A stretch of 64,000 nucleotides of DNA from Chthoniobacterales bacterium. GTDB lineage: Bacteria; Verrucomicrobiota; Verrucomicrobiia; Chthoniobacterales; UBA10450. This document shows positions 45,718 to 54,756 of the stretch, in pieces (within the stretch, counting starts at the first letter, position 1; each line of letters begins with the position of its first letter). Below the pieces are notes generated by a model. That model searched no databases. It was not told the DNA's origin and was given only the letters and a program-made list of their open reading frames with translations. The stretch is from positions 35,039-99,038 of the forward strand of contig JBPCMX010000006.1 in the NCBI GenBank assembly GCA_051001855.1, read 5' to 3'. Both the position numbers and the translations under genes were made by a program.

Positions 45718-45895
45718 CTGAAGCCGCCGCGCCCGATCAACTTGCCTGCAGGAAACGAATCAGTGCGATGGCGGGATCAGGCAAAGGAAAGGGTGCCGCG
45801 GGACGGCTCGGCCAACGCTATGGCGCGCTCACGCTCGGCGAGTGGATCTCCGTGGTGCTGGCGTTTCTCGGTCTCGTACTGGTTTTCTGCTTGTT
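45718..45895 (+). repeat. right direct repeat of the island (functional copy: cls upstream region and first ~40 codons)
   Basis: Aligns with 36952-37124 (see the pseudogene entry) and continues in frame into intact cls. Confidence 0.8.
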
Positions 45896-47096
45896 CTTCA
45901 TCCGGCGGCAGACGCTCGAGTATAAACTCGATCACACCTTTGCGGTGCGGTCGCCGGAGTTCTTCGGTTCGGCGCTCGCACTGACGAACCCGGTCCCGCT
46001 CGGTGGCAACAAGATCGAGGTGTTGCAGAACGGCGACGAATATTTTGGGCCGATGCTGGAGGCAATTCACTCTGCGCAGCAGACGGTAAACTTCGCCGCT
46101 TACATCATGAAGTCGGATGGCGTGGGACATCAGTTCCGCGACGCCCTTTGCGAGCGCGCGAAGGCCGGGGTGCGGGTGCGAGTGCTGCTCGATGGGATCG
46201 GCTCCGGCTGGTCGCTCGATAATTCCGACGTGCGGATGATGACGGATGCGGGCTGCAAATTTGCCTACTACCACCCGGTGCAATCCTGGCGGATGGATCG
46301 GACCAACCGGCGTTCGCATCGCCGGATGTTGATCGTGGACGGGCGAATCGGCTTCACTGGAGGCGCGGCATTCGCCGATAAATGGAGCGGTCACGCGCAA
46401 GACGAGCACCACTGGCGCGACACGCAGGTGCGACTGGAGGGACCGGTCGTGAGCATCCTGCAATCGGCCTTTCAGGGCCATTGGGTGAAGACGTTCCACG
46501 AGGCGCTGACCGGGGCGGGGCAGTTCCCGGCTTTGCCGCCGGCGGGAGATTTGCATGCGCAGATCGTGGAATCGCATTCCTTCTCGAGCGCGCCGATCCC
46601 AATGGTGCAGGCGGTGACCTTTGCGGCCGCGGAGCAGCGCATCTGGATCACAAACCCGTATTGCACGCCGACCGACGATCAGGTCCAACTGTTGGTCCAG
46701 GCGGTGCGCCGCGGGGTCGACGTGCGGATCATGCTCCCCGGTCCGCATAACGATCAGCCGCTCACTCAATCAGCTGGCCGCAGCGCCTACGGAAAGATGC
46801 TGGAGGGCGGCGTGAAAATTTTCGAGTATCAGCCGACGATGATCCACGCGAAGACGATGGTGGCGGATGGGATCTTTGCGATGATCGGCTCGTCGAATCT
46901 CGATGGGCGCTCGTCGGAGATTAACGAGGAGCTCGACCTGGTGGTTTACGATGGACGGTTCGGTCGCGGGATGGAGCAGGCGTTCGAGAAGGATCTGGCG
47001 CAGTCGAAGGAATATACGCTGGACGATTTCAAGAAGCGCTCGACCTGGGAACGGATCACGGAGTGGGTGGCGATTCCATTCCGTTCGCAACTTTAG
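45768..47096 (+). CDS. cls: cardiolipin synthase (PLD superfamily, two HKD-type motifs)
   Basis: Start trimmed to [40 protein letters not shown] (N-terminal TM). First motif [17 protein letters not shown], second [24 protein letters not shown]. Confidence 0.88.
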   Translation: MAGSGKGKGAAGRLGQRYGALTLGEWISVVLAFLGLVLVFCLFFIRRQTLEYKLDHTFAVRSPEFFGSALALTNPVPLGGNKIEVLQNGDEYFGPMLEAIHSAQQTVNFAAYIMKSDGVGHQFRDALCERAKAGVRVRVLLDGIGSGWSLDNSDVRMMTDAGCKFAYYHPVQSWRMDRTNRRSHRRMLIVDGRIGFTGGAAFADKWSGHAQDEHHWRDTQVRLEGPVVSILQSAFQGHWVKTFHEALTGAGQFPALPPAGDLHAQIVESHSFSSAPIPMVQAVTFAAAEQRIWITNPYCTPTDDQVQLLVQAVRRGVDVRIMLPGPHNDQPLTQSAGRSAYGKMLEGGVKIFEYQPTMIHAKTMVADGIFAMIGSSNLDGRSSEINEELDLVVYDGRFGRGMEQAFEKDLAQSKEYTLDDFKKRSTWERITEWVAIPFRSQL

Positions 47097-47104
47097 GGCA
47101 GCCG

Positions 47105-47755
47105 ATGAGCGATGCGCTGGATATCGCCGAGCTCCGGCACGATTACGTGGCGCACGGGTTGCGTCGCGCCGATCTCGATCCGGACCCGATCAAGCAGTTT
47201 GCGCAGTGGTTCGGCGCTGCCGCCGCTGCGGAGATCCGCGATGTGAATGCGATGGCGCTGGCGACTGTCGGGAATGACGGCGCGCCGTCTGCGCGGATCG
47301 TATTGTTGAAGGGAATCAGCGAACGCGGGTTCGTGTTTTTCACGAATTACTTGAGCGACAAAGGGCGACAGCTGGAGCAAAACCCGCGCGCGGCCTTGAA
47401 CATCTTTTGGGTGCAGCTGGAGCGGCAGATTCGGATCGAAGGCAGCGTCGAGAAGACGTCGCGCGAGGAGTCGGAGGAGTATTTTCATTCCCGCCCGCTC
47501 GGCAGCCAACTCGGTGCGTGGGCCTCCCGCCAGAGCGAGGTGATCGCGAGCCGCGCAGTGCTCGAGACGCACCTGGCGGAGTTGCAGGAGCGATACGCCA
47601 GCGGCGCGATTCCCCTCCCGCCGCACTGGGGTGGTTATCGCGTGGCGCCGAGCACGATTGAGTTCTGGCAGGGACGAACGAATCGCCTGCACGACCGATT
47701 CCGCTACACACGGGAAGCGGGCGGCGGGTGGCTGATCGAGCGGCTCGCGCCCTGA
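47105..47755 (+). CDS. pdxH: pyridoxamine 5'-phosphate oxidase
   Basis: [14 protein letters not shown]..., [28 protein letters not shown], and C-terminal [27 protein letters not shown]...W.IERLAP. Confidence 0.93.
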   Translation: MSDALDIAELRHDYVAHGLRRADLDPDPIKQFAQWFGAAAAAEIRDVNAMALATVGNDGAPSARIVLLKGISERGFVFFTNYLSDKGRQLEQNPRAALNIFWVQLERQIRIEGSVEKTSREESEEYFHSRPLGSQLGAWASRQSEVIASRAVLETHLAELQERYASGAIPLPPHWGGYRVAPSTIEFWQGRTNRLHDRFRYTREAGGGWLIERLAP

Positions 47756-47847
47756 AGTGGCGATCGCGGAGAGGCGGAACTCGATCAGCCGCGCAGCGGA
47801 CCAGGTGTTGTGATAACCTATATTGCTTTCTCAAACTCCATCATTCC

Positions 47848-48615
47848 ATGAAGACGACCCTCCTCACGCTCACGCTTGCGTCGCTGGCTGCAATTTCCAT
47901 CGCCCGCGGGCAAGAGACCACGCCCACGCCGCGGCGGCTTGGTTTGCGCGCGTCCGAGCCGTCCCTTCGCAGCGAGCCGACGGTGGAAACAGTTACCGAA
48001 GATACCAGCACTCCGATCGTGACGCCGACGCCGAAAGCGGCGAAGAAAGGAGCTCCGGTAGCGGCGGCGAGTCCGCGCGCGAAAGCGACACCAAGCCCCA
48101 CCGCGACACCAAGCCCAACGGCGACGCCGCGCCCAACAGCGACGCCGCGCCCGACTGCAACGCCGCGCCCCAAAGCTTCACCGTCGCTCGCGGCCCCTCC
48201 TTCCACGACTGCTGCGGCGCCGAAAGATGCGCAAGTTGCCGTCCGCGAAATGGAAAATAAATGGGCGGCGGCTATTTCGAGCCACGACATGAAAGCGATC
48301 GAAGGGCTGCTCGCCGGGGACTACGTCGGCGTGACCGCTGGAGGCACAATCGTCAACAAGGCAGGGCTGCTCTCCGCGATTCACCGGGACACGAACACAT
48401 ATACGTCGGTCACAAACAGTCGCCTCGATGTGCGCGTGCACGGCAACGCCGCCGTGATTGTAGGAACCACGAAGCAGAAGGGAAAGGACGCCGCGGGCCG
48501 GGCGTTCAGTTACACGATTCGCTGGACCGACACCTGGGTGGAGCGCAATGGCGAATGGCAATGCGTTGCATCGCAGTCCATTCGCCAGACAGAGACGCCG
48601 ACGCTGGCGCTTTGA
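47848..48615 (+). CDS. secreted protein: Pro/Thr-rich repeat linker plus DUF4440/SnoaL-like (NTF2 fold) domain
   Basis: Start trimmed to MKTTLLTLTLASLAAISIARG. It has a PT-rich region, then REMENKWAAAISSHDMKAIEGLLAGDYVGV...RWTDTWVERNGEWQCVASQ, typical of DUF4440. Confidence 0.7.
   Translation: MKTTLLTLTLASLAAISIARGQETTPTPRRLGLRASEPSLRSEPTVETVTEDTSTPIVTPTPKAAKKGAPVAAASPRAKATPSPTATPSPTATPRPTATPRPTATPRPKASPSLAAPPSTTAAAPKDAQVAVREMENKWAAAISSHDMKAIEGLLAGDYVGVTAGGTIVNKAGLLSAIHRDTNTYTSVTNSRLDVRVHGNAAVIVGTTKQKGKDAAGRAFSYTIRWTDTWVERNGEWQCVASQSIRQTETPTLAL
48085..48174 (+). repeat. five tandem 18-nt repeats encoding (T)ATP(S/R)P(T)
   Basis: GCG ACA CCA AGC CCC ACC repeated with drift; the protein reads ATPSPTATPSPTATPRPTATPRPTATPRPK. 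Confidence 0.9.
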
Positions 48616-48640
48616 AAACGCACGGCGCCGCCACTGCCCG

Positions 48641-49348
48641 CTACTTGCCGACGAGCACCATTGGGCCCTCGGCCTTCGGCACACCGCCCTTGCGTTCCAG
48701 GCTGACGGCGAAGGCGTTGATCGACTTCACTGGCGCCTTCGGTTTGAAAGTGAACTTCGTGGCTCCGTCTTTCTCGACCTTGAAAACGCCCGCATCGACC
48801 GGCTGTCCATACGCGGGGTCAACCAGCCAAAGTTGGTAATCGCGATCGCGTCCGGCCGGAGGAACATCGAGCACTTTCAACACGCCTTCCTGTTTCTCCG
48901 CATCCCACACCGCGACGGCGTTTCCTTTCGGCACGCTCTCGAGCTGTGAACTCAAACTGGCGATCTGGTATCGCGAGATCGTATCCCGACGTTGCAGCAC
49001 GGCGAGCTGATCGTGCAGCTGGTTGCGGTCGCGCAGGAGGAACGCGCAGCCGAGCACGAGGCACGCCGCGATGGCCCACGGTAACCACGCGAGCGCACGC
49101 GCCGGCGGCAGCGCGATGACTTCGCGGCGGCTCCGAATTTCCGCGAGAATCCTTCCTTCGAGCGAAGCCGGCAGATCACGCGCGGGGACCATCTCCGCGA
49201 GTTTCGCCGCCGTCTCGCGGAATTGGTCGACCGCCTCCGCCAGCTGGGGATCGCCCGCGAGACGCGCGGCAAAGGCGCTCCGCTCCTCGCCTTCCAGCAT
49301 CTCCAGCGCATGGAGCGCCGCCTGTTCCTCATCTGGTTCTTCGATCAT
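48641..49348 (-). CDS. anti-sigma factor (RskA-like C-terminal domain), single-pass membrane
   Basis: N-terminal anti-sigma helix region, a TM segment (WLPWAIAACLVLGCAFLL), and C-terminal YQLWLVDPAYGQPVDAGVF...INAFAVSLERKGG, typical of anti-sigma-K RskA. ATGA overlap with the sigma gene. Confidence 0.85.
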   Translation of the reverse strand: MIEEPDEEQAALHALEMLEGEERSAFAARLAGDPQLAEAVDQFRETAAKLAEMVPARDLPASLEGRILAEIRSRREVIALPPARALAWLPWAIAACLVLGCAFLLRDRNQLHDQLAVLQRRDTISRYQIASLSSQLESVPKGNAVAVWDAEKQEGVLKVLDVPPAGRDRDYQLWLVDPAYGQPVDAGVFKVEKDGATKFTFKPKAPVKSINAFAVSLERKGGVPKAEGPMVLVGK

Positions 49349-49983
49349 GCCGAGGGCTCCAGAACATCGCGCAACGCGAGCAAGCCGCGCCGGATGCGCG
49401 CCTTAATCGTGCCGAGCGGCACCGCCAGTTGGGTTGAAATTTCCATCTGGGTCAGGCCGCGGAAAAACGCGAGATCGATCGCGGCGCGCTGCGCTTCCGG
49501 GAGCTGCGATAAGGCGCCGCGGATGCGTTGTTTTTCTTCGCCATGCGCGAGTAATTCGTCCGCCTGGGCGGCGAACTCCGCGGTTGTCACCGCGGATTCG
49601 TTGGCCGCCGATTCCGCCGTCCGGGCTCGTCTTTGCCGGGCCCGGACGCGGTCGATCGCCTTATTGCGCGCGATCATCACGGCCCAGGTAAAGAGGCTGC
49701 TCCGCGCCGGATCGTAAAGCGCGGCCTTCTTCCACATCTGCACAAACGCTTCCTGCAAAGTGTCTTCCGCATCCTTCTGATCGTGCAGAATCTCATAGGT
49801 CATCGAGAAAAGCCCGGGGGCAAACCGCCGGTAAAGACTCGCGAACGCCGCCTCGTCTCCCTGCACCACCCGGCGGATCAGTTCCCGATCCGCCGCTGCC
49901 TGCCCCTGCTGCTCCGGGGCGACCGGGATGCGGCCGCGAAAGGATGACGCCGTTCCAGGCAGCGGAGCGGGTTGTTCTGCCAT
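49345..49983 (-). CDS. ECF-type RNA polymerase sigma-70 family factor
   Basis: Start trimmed to MAEQPAPLPG. Region 2 is FASLYRRFAPGLFSMTYEILHDQKDAEDTLQEAFVQMW. Region 4 is LPEAQRAAIDLAFFRGLTQMEISTQLAVPLGTIKARIRRGL. Confidence 0.9.
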   Translation of the reverse strand: MAEQPAPLPGTASSFRGRIPVAPEQQGQAAADRELIRRVVQGDEAAFASLYRRFAPGLFSMTYEILHDQKDAEDTLQEAFVQMWKKAALYDPARSSLFTWAVMIARNKAIDRVRARQRRARTAESAANESAVTTAEFAAQADELLAHGEEKQRIRGALSQLPEAQRAAIDLAFFRGLTQMEISTQLAVPLGTIKARIRRGLLALRDVLEPSA

Positions 49984-50183
49984 TGCGAACCGCAATGGTG
50001 CCCTGTTCCAGGAGCGTCCGCAAGACATCGCTGCGGAGAAATAGCTGATCGGAGCGAGCACACCCATTTAGACGCCCGCTAGGGGCTGGCAGATGCGCGA
50101 TCGGCCGAACGAGCGCTGGAGCCACGCTGGCGGCGCGGAAAGCGCAGCGTTTACGCGGGCCGTAACTTCGGCCAAGGTGGTGG

Positions 50184-51650
50184 ATGCTTCAGCTCGCAAT
50201 TCGAGGATCGCAGCGCGTCGCTCTCCTGACGGTAATCGCCTTCTTTGGTTTGGCGCACGCACGCGCGCAGCAGGCCAGCGCCGCGCCCTCCCCGCCGCCC
50301 GCCACCTTCTCGCCGTCGACGCTCGCGGCTCTGACCCAACTCCAGCAGGCCGCGCTCGCAAGCGATTACGCCTACCGGCAGGTGGCGCATCTTTGCAATA
50401 ACATCGGCCCGCGTTTGAGCGGCTCCGCGCAGGCGGAGAAGGCGGTCGCATACGTTGGCAGCGAACTCGAAGCGCTCGGGCTCGAGGTGAAGCTGGAGAA
50501 AGTGATGGTGCCACACTGGGTCCGCGGCGCGGAGACCGCGGTGCTGGTGGAATTCCCCGGGATGGCGGCGAACACCACGCAAAAAATCGTGCTCACTGCG
50601 CTCGGCGACAGTGTTGCGACACCTCCCGAAGGCCTCACGGCGGAAGTGCTCGTGGTGAAGGATTTCGAGGAGCTGCAAGCCACCCCGCGCGAAAAAGTAG
50701 CCGGCAGAATCGTCGTCTTCACCCATGCCTTCGATAAAGCAATGGCTGCGCAAGGCCGGGGCGGCGAGGCCTACAGGGAGGCGGTAATCTACCGTTCGGA
50801 GGCCGCCAGCGCCGCGGCTCGGCTCGGCGCGGTCGCAGCCTTGATTCGCTCGGTGGGGAGCGCCGATTTTCGCCTGCCGCACACCGGGGCGATGCATTAC
50901 GCGGACGACGCGCCAAAGATTCCTGCCGGCGCGCTCACTTATGAAGACGCTGATCTCCTCGCGAATCTCGCCCCGCAGGGCACGCTGCGCATGCACCTGC
51001 TCCTCACCCCGCTGCAACTGCCGGACGCGGAAAGCCATAACGTCGTCGCCGATTTGAAAGGCAGCGAGCATCCGGAGCAGGTGGTGGTCGTCTCTGGGCA
51101 CCTCGATTCCTGGGATCTCGGCACTGGTGCGATTGACGACGCCGCGGGCGTGGCTGTCTCCATGCAGGTCGCGAATCTGATCAGGCAGCTGAAGCTGCAA
51201 CCGAAGTGCACGATCCGGATCGTCGCCTGGATGAACGAAGAAAACGGTCTCCGCGGCGGGCGCGGCTACGCGGAAGCGCACGCCAGTGAGCTGGCGAACC
51301 ACGTCGGCGCGATCGAGACGGACGGCGGCGCCGGACACTCGCTCGGGGTGAACATCAAGGGAAAGCCGGAACTGGCGGCGCTCCTCGCACCGATCGCGAA
51401 AGCGCTACAGCCGATCGGTGCGGGATTGCTTGAGATGGTCCAGCATACCGGGGCTGATATCGGCCCGATGGAAATCGGCGGCATGCCGACGTTCAGCCCG
51501 ATCCAGGATAGCCGGACGTATTTCCATTATCACCACACGGCCGCGGACACGCTCGATAAGATCATTCCGCGCGAGCTGGCGGAAAACGCCGCCGTGAATG
51601 CAGTGCTCGCTTACGCGCTCGCAAACACCGAGCAGCCTCTGCCGCATTAA
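50184..51650 (+). CDS. secreted M28 family metallopeptidase (aminopeptidase) with PA-like insert
   Basis: Signal peptide, then HNVVADLKGSEHPEQVVVVSGHLDSWDLGTGAIDDAAGV and NEENGLRGG ... HYHHTAADT, the M28 zinc-ligand motifs. Confidence 0.88.
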   Translation: MLQLAIRGSQRVALLTVIAFFGLAHARAQQASAAPSPPPATFSPSTLAALTQLQQAALASDYAYRQVAHLCNNIGPRLSGSAQAEKAVAYVGSELEALGLEVKLEKVMVPHWVRGAETAVLVEFPGMAANTTQKIVLTALGDSVATPPEGLTAEVLVVKDFEELQATPREKVAGRIVVFTHAFDKAMAAQGRGGEAYREAVIYRSEAASAAARLGAVAALIRSVGSADFRLPHTGAMHYADDAPKIPAGALTYEDADLLANLAPQGTLRMHLLLTPLQLPDAESHNVVADLKGSEHPEQVVVVSGHLDSWDLGTGAIDDAAGVAVSMQVANLIRQLKLQPKCTIRIVAWMNEENGLRGGRGYAEAHASELANHVGAIETDGGAGHSLGVNIKGKPELAALLAPIAKALQPIGAGLLEMVQHTGADIGPMEIGGMPTFSPIQDSRTYFHYHHTAADTLDKIIPRELAENAAVNAVLAYALANTEQPLPH

Positions 51651-51677
51651 AGGCGGCGCTCAGATTCCTCTCCCTCT

Positions 51678-51713
51678 TAATCCTGATCCGAATCCTGATC
51701 CCGATCTTGATCC
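51678..51713. repeat. six tandem hexamers (NRATCY) containing four GATC sites
   Basis: TAATCC TGATCC GAATCC TGATCC CGATCT TGATCC, lying between the M28 stop and the kinase-like gene. A GC-rich hairpin follows (CCTCGCG gggggg CGCGAGG, 51731-51750). Confidence 0.8.
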
Positions 51714-51851
51714 GCGGGCGCTGCGCGCGTCCTCGCGGGGGGGCGCGAGGTGAATATTTCCCCGCGAAAAACGTCTCTCCGTAGACACCCGCAAGGTCCG
51801 GCGCACGATATAGATGCGGGGTTCCACCAGCGGAGCTTCCCGTCAACGCCT

Positions 51852-53609
51852 ATGACATCTATTCATTATCTCGGTCGTTACCGTGTCGTGCATGACACCT
51901 CGGGCAGCGCGATCGTGCTGGAACGCGGCGCTTCCGGCGCCACCTGCAAAGCGGAGGATATCAACACCGGCGCAGCCGTCGCTTTGCGCCTGATCGATTT
52001 CGAACCCGCCGCGCGCGAAGAGGCCCAGCGCGAGGCCGCTGCGGTGAAACAGCTGATTCATATCAACCTGCCGAAGGTCTACGACTCCGGATTGGAAGGG
52101 ACCCGCCTCGTCTCCGCTTTGGAACTGCTCGATGGAACGACCGCGGAGGAATGGGTCACCGCCCATGGACCGATGCCCACCGGCGCGGCGTTGCGGATCG
52201 GACTCCAGATGGTGAATGCGCTCGGCGCGGCGACTTTCCACGGGCTCATCCGCCATCCGATCAACCCACGCGATATCGTGATCGTGCCGGGGCAGACGGG
52301 GGAAGGCGAGTGGCCGTTGATCAAGGCGACGAATTTCACCGATCTCGCGCCTACGGCGGTCTCGGACGAGGCCGCCTGGAAATTCAGCAGCCCTGAGCAA
52401 CAGCTCGGTGCGAAGGTCGATTTCCGTTCCCAGGTTTACTCACTCGGCAGCACGCTCTGGTTTCTCCTCACCGGGCAGGCGGCGAGCGGCCAGGGCTCAG
52501 TTCGCCAGAGCAACGGCGTTCCCAAGCCGGTGGCTCATCTGATTGCGGGGATGCTTGAGACGAATCCCGAGCAGCGCCCGCAGGATCCCCTCGCCTTTCA
52601 GGAAGAAATTCGCAGCTGCCTCGACCAGGTTGAGCGGCGCGAGGCCATCGGCCGCAGGTTTGGACTGCCCGGAGGCATCTCGGCGCCAGCCGCAGTCGTC
52701 CACGAGCGCTCGTCACCCATGTTGTTAAAGCCGCTCGCTTTCGCCGCCGCACTCATGCTGCTCGGCGGAATCACCGCCGCGCTGCTCGCGAAAGGTTACA
52801 ACCCAATGCACCTCTTCGCTGCGCAAGGGGAAAAGCCGATCGGCGTCGCGATTGGCGTTCCGGAGAATCCGAACCGTGCCGTTTCGAAGCCGTCGCCGGC
52901 CGCGACCGCTCCAGTCGCCGCGGAGATACCTGCAGGCGATCAACGGATGACCGCCGCCTCGCCCACGAGTGTCGGAAGCGAGAACCAGAAGCTCCTCTCG
53001 ACCACGGGATCGGGCGATTCGCCCTCTGCCGGAGCCCCCGCCCCCGCGGAGAAGGTGCCGAACAGCCGCGTCGCCCCGCCGGAGGTTGCAACCGCCGATG
53101 TCGTGTCGCCCGCGCCAGCCAGCGAGAGAGAGGCAGCACCGCCGTCTTCCTCCGCCGGGGCGTCGGAAGCTGAGAACAATCACCAGGTTAAAACTCCCGC
53201 GGTCGCGGAGACTGCGGCACCGGCGATGGAGCGTGAAACCGAACCGACGAGGCGCCCCGTTGCCACGGAGTCGGAGCTCGCCAGCGCTGAACCCGCTCGC
53301 TCTACGCGGCAGGAATCAGCGAAGCCATCGCGAAAACTTGCCAGCCAACAGGTTCGCCGCGCTCTTCCGCTCGACGAGTTTGCCTCCCGTCCAGCCTTAC
53401 CGTCGCGCTCGAAGCGCGCCCGTTACGTGGGGACCGCGCCTGATGGATCGCTGATGTTTGAGACGCCCTCGGCGGAACGGGTTTATGCCGCGCCTCCGGC
53501 TTATGGCGAGGGCAACTCCCGGCGCCGCCGCGTGCGCCTGCCGGTGCCCGATGATGAGATGCCGGTGATGCGCGCCGAACCCGCCGACGACCTGCCGGCC
53601 GATCAGTAG
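51852..53609 (+). CDS. membrane-anchored Ser/Thr protein kinase-like protein with degenerate catalytic motifs (predicted pseudokinase) and long disordered tail
   Basis: Start trimmed to MTSIHYLGRY. It has the kinase fold order, but VAIK is replaced by VALR, HRDLKPSN by RHPINPRD, and DFG by NFT. SPE and DFRSQVYSLGSTLWFLLTG are retained. TM segment LKPLAFAAALMLLGGITAALLA, then a Pro/Ala/Ser-rich tail. Confidence 0.75.
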   Translation: MTSIHYLGRYRVVHDTSGSAIVLERGASGATCKAEDINTGAAVALRLIDFEPAAREEAQREAAAVKQLIHINLPKVYDSGLEGTRLVSALELLDGTTAEEWVTAHGPMPTGAALRIGLQMVNALGAATFHGLIRHPINPRDIVIVPGQTGEGEWPLIKATNFTDLAPTAVSDEAAWKFSSPEQQLGAKVDFRSQVYSLGSTLWFLLTGQAASGQGSVRQSNGVPKPVAHLIAGMLETNPEQRPQDPLAFQEEIRSCLDQVERREAIGRRFGLPGGISAPAAVVHERSSPMLLKPLAFAAALMLLGGITAALLAKGYNPMHLFAAQGEKPIGVAIGVPENPNRAVSKPSPAATAPVAAEIPAGDQRMTAASPTSVGSENQKLLSTTGSGDSPSAGAPAPAEKVPNSRVAPPEVATADVVSPAPASEREAAPPSSSAGASEAENNHQVKTPAVAETAAPAMERETEPTRRPVATESELASAEPARSTRQESAKPSRKLASQQVRRALPLDEFASRPALPSRSKRARYVGTAPDGSLMFETPSAERVYAAPPAYGEGNSRRRRVRLPVPDDEMPVMRAEPADDLPADQ

Positions 53610-53685
53610 TCTCGCCGCGGCTCTTCGGTGCCGCGCGCAGGTTGCCGTGGCCGATCGAAATGGCCATGGTTGGTTTGCCCCACCC

Positions 53686-54756
53686 ATGAACAAACCTGAC
53701 GATCGAGCGGCTCTGATCAGCCGCAGCGAAACGCCGCTCAACCTGGAGATGACATTCTCCAGCCTCGATCAGTTCCTGACGCCGGCCGATCAGCTTTATG
53801 TTCGCTGTCACTTCCCTATCCCGGAGATCGACCGGGAAGCGTGGCGGCTCTCGGTCGAGGGTGCCGTCGCGCAACCGCTCAACCTGACTCTCGCTGACCT
53901 GCAAGAGCTGCCGGCGCACACTCTCACGGCTACGATCGAATGCGCAGGGAACGGTCGTTCATTTCTGCGGCCGAAAGTGAAAGGCGTGGAGTGGGACCTC
54001 GGCGCAGTGGGAAATGCCGAGTGGACTGGCGTCCTCCTGCGCGATCTCCTGGAGCGCGCGGGCGTGACCGGTGCCGCGGTCGAAGTGATTTTAGAAGGCG
54101 CCGATCGCGGCGAGATCAAGGAGCCGCCGCGTCCGCCGGGCGAGATCCATTATGCGCGCAGTCTGCCGATCGCGAAGGCGCGAGGCGATGTCCTCCTGGC
54201 CTGGGCGTTGAACGGAGAGCCGCTTTCGCCTGCCCACGGTTTTCCCTTGCGCGCGGTCGTTCCTGGCTGGTTCGGGATGGCCGCAGTGAAATGGCTGCAG
54301 CGTATCAGCGTGACGGAGCAGCCATTCCACGGCTACTACCAGTCGATCGATTATGCTTACTGGGAGCGGCGCGACGGAATACCGACGCTGCTTCCGCTGG
54401 CGGAGATGCGCGTCAAGGCGCAGATCGCGCGGCCGGCCATGAACGAAGTGGTCCAGGCCGGCAGCCGGTATCGAGTGCACGGAGCAGCCTGGGGCGGCGA
54501 AGTGCCAGTGACGCGGGTCGAGATCAGTGGCGACGGGGGCGCGACCTGGCAGGAGGCGGCCTGGTGCGGCGAGCCGGTAAAGCATGCGTGGCGGTTTTGG
54601 GAATTCGCGTGGGAAACGCCGGCGCAACCCGGCAATTACACGCTGATCGCCCGCGCCACCGATGCCGCTGGCCGGACGCAGCCGGTCGAACGGATTGCGG
54701 ATTACGGCACCTACATGGTCAATCACCTGCTCCCGATTACGGTGCAGGTGCAGTGA
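53686..54756 (+). CDS. sulfite oxidase-family molybdopterin oxidoreductase (Moco plus dimerisation domains)
   Basis: NLEM..., YVRCHFPIP, TIECAGNGRSF, NAEWTGVLLRDLL, GFPLRAVVPGWFGMAAVKWLQRI, then an Ig-like C-terminal domain. Alternative GTG start at 53647. Confidence 0.88.
   Translation: MNKPDDRAALISRSETPLNLEMTFSSLDQFLTPADQLYVRCHFPIPEIDREAWRLSVEGAVAQPLNLTLADLQELPAHTLTATIECAGNGRSFLRPKVKGVEWDLGAVGNAEWTGVLLRDLLERAGVTGAAVEVILEGADRGEIKEPPRPPGEIHYARSLPIAKARGDVLLAWALNGEPLSPAHGFPLRAVVPGWFGMAAVKWLQRISVTEQPFHGYYQSIDYAYWERRDGIPTLLPLAEMRVKAQIARPAMNEVVQAGSRYRVHGAAWGGEVPVTRVEISGDGGATWQEAAWCGEPVKHAWRFWEFAWETPAQPGNYTLIARATDAAGRTQPVERIADYGTYMVNHLLPITVQVQ

Noticed and set aside
36955-45768. Search for an integrase, transposase or tRNA attachment site in or next to the island
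   Set aside because: None of the ORFs in any frame shows tyrosine or serine recombinase motifs or DDE motifs, and no tRNA-like sequence is present. The island is therefore reported without a mobility gene.
50151-51338. 395-aa minus-strand ORF
   Set aside because: It is antisense to the M28 peptidase gene, with no motifs. The same reasoning applies to 61811-62836, 13082-14047, 26033-26833, 45777-46769, 56734-57684 and 58079-59017.
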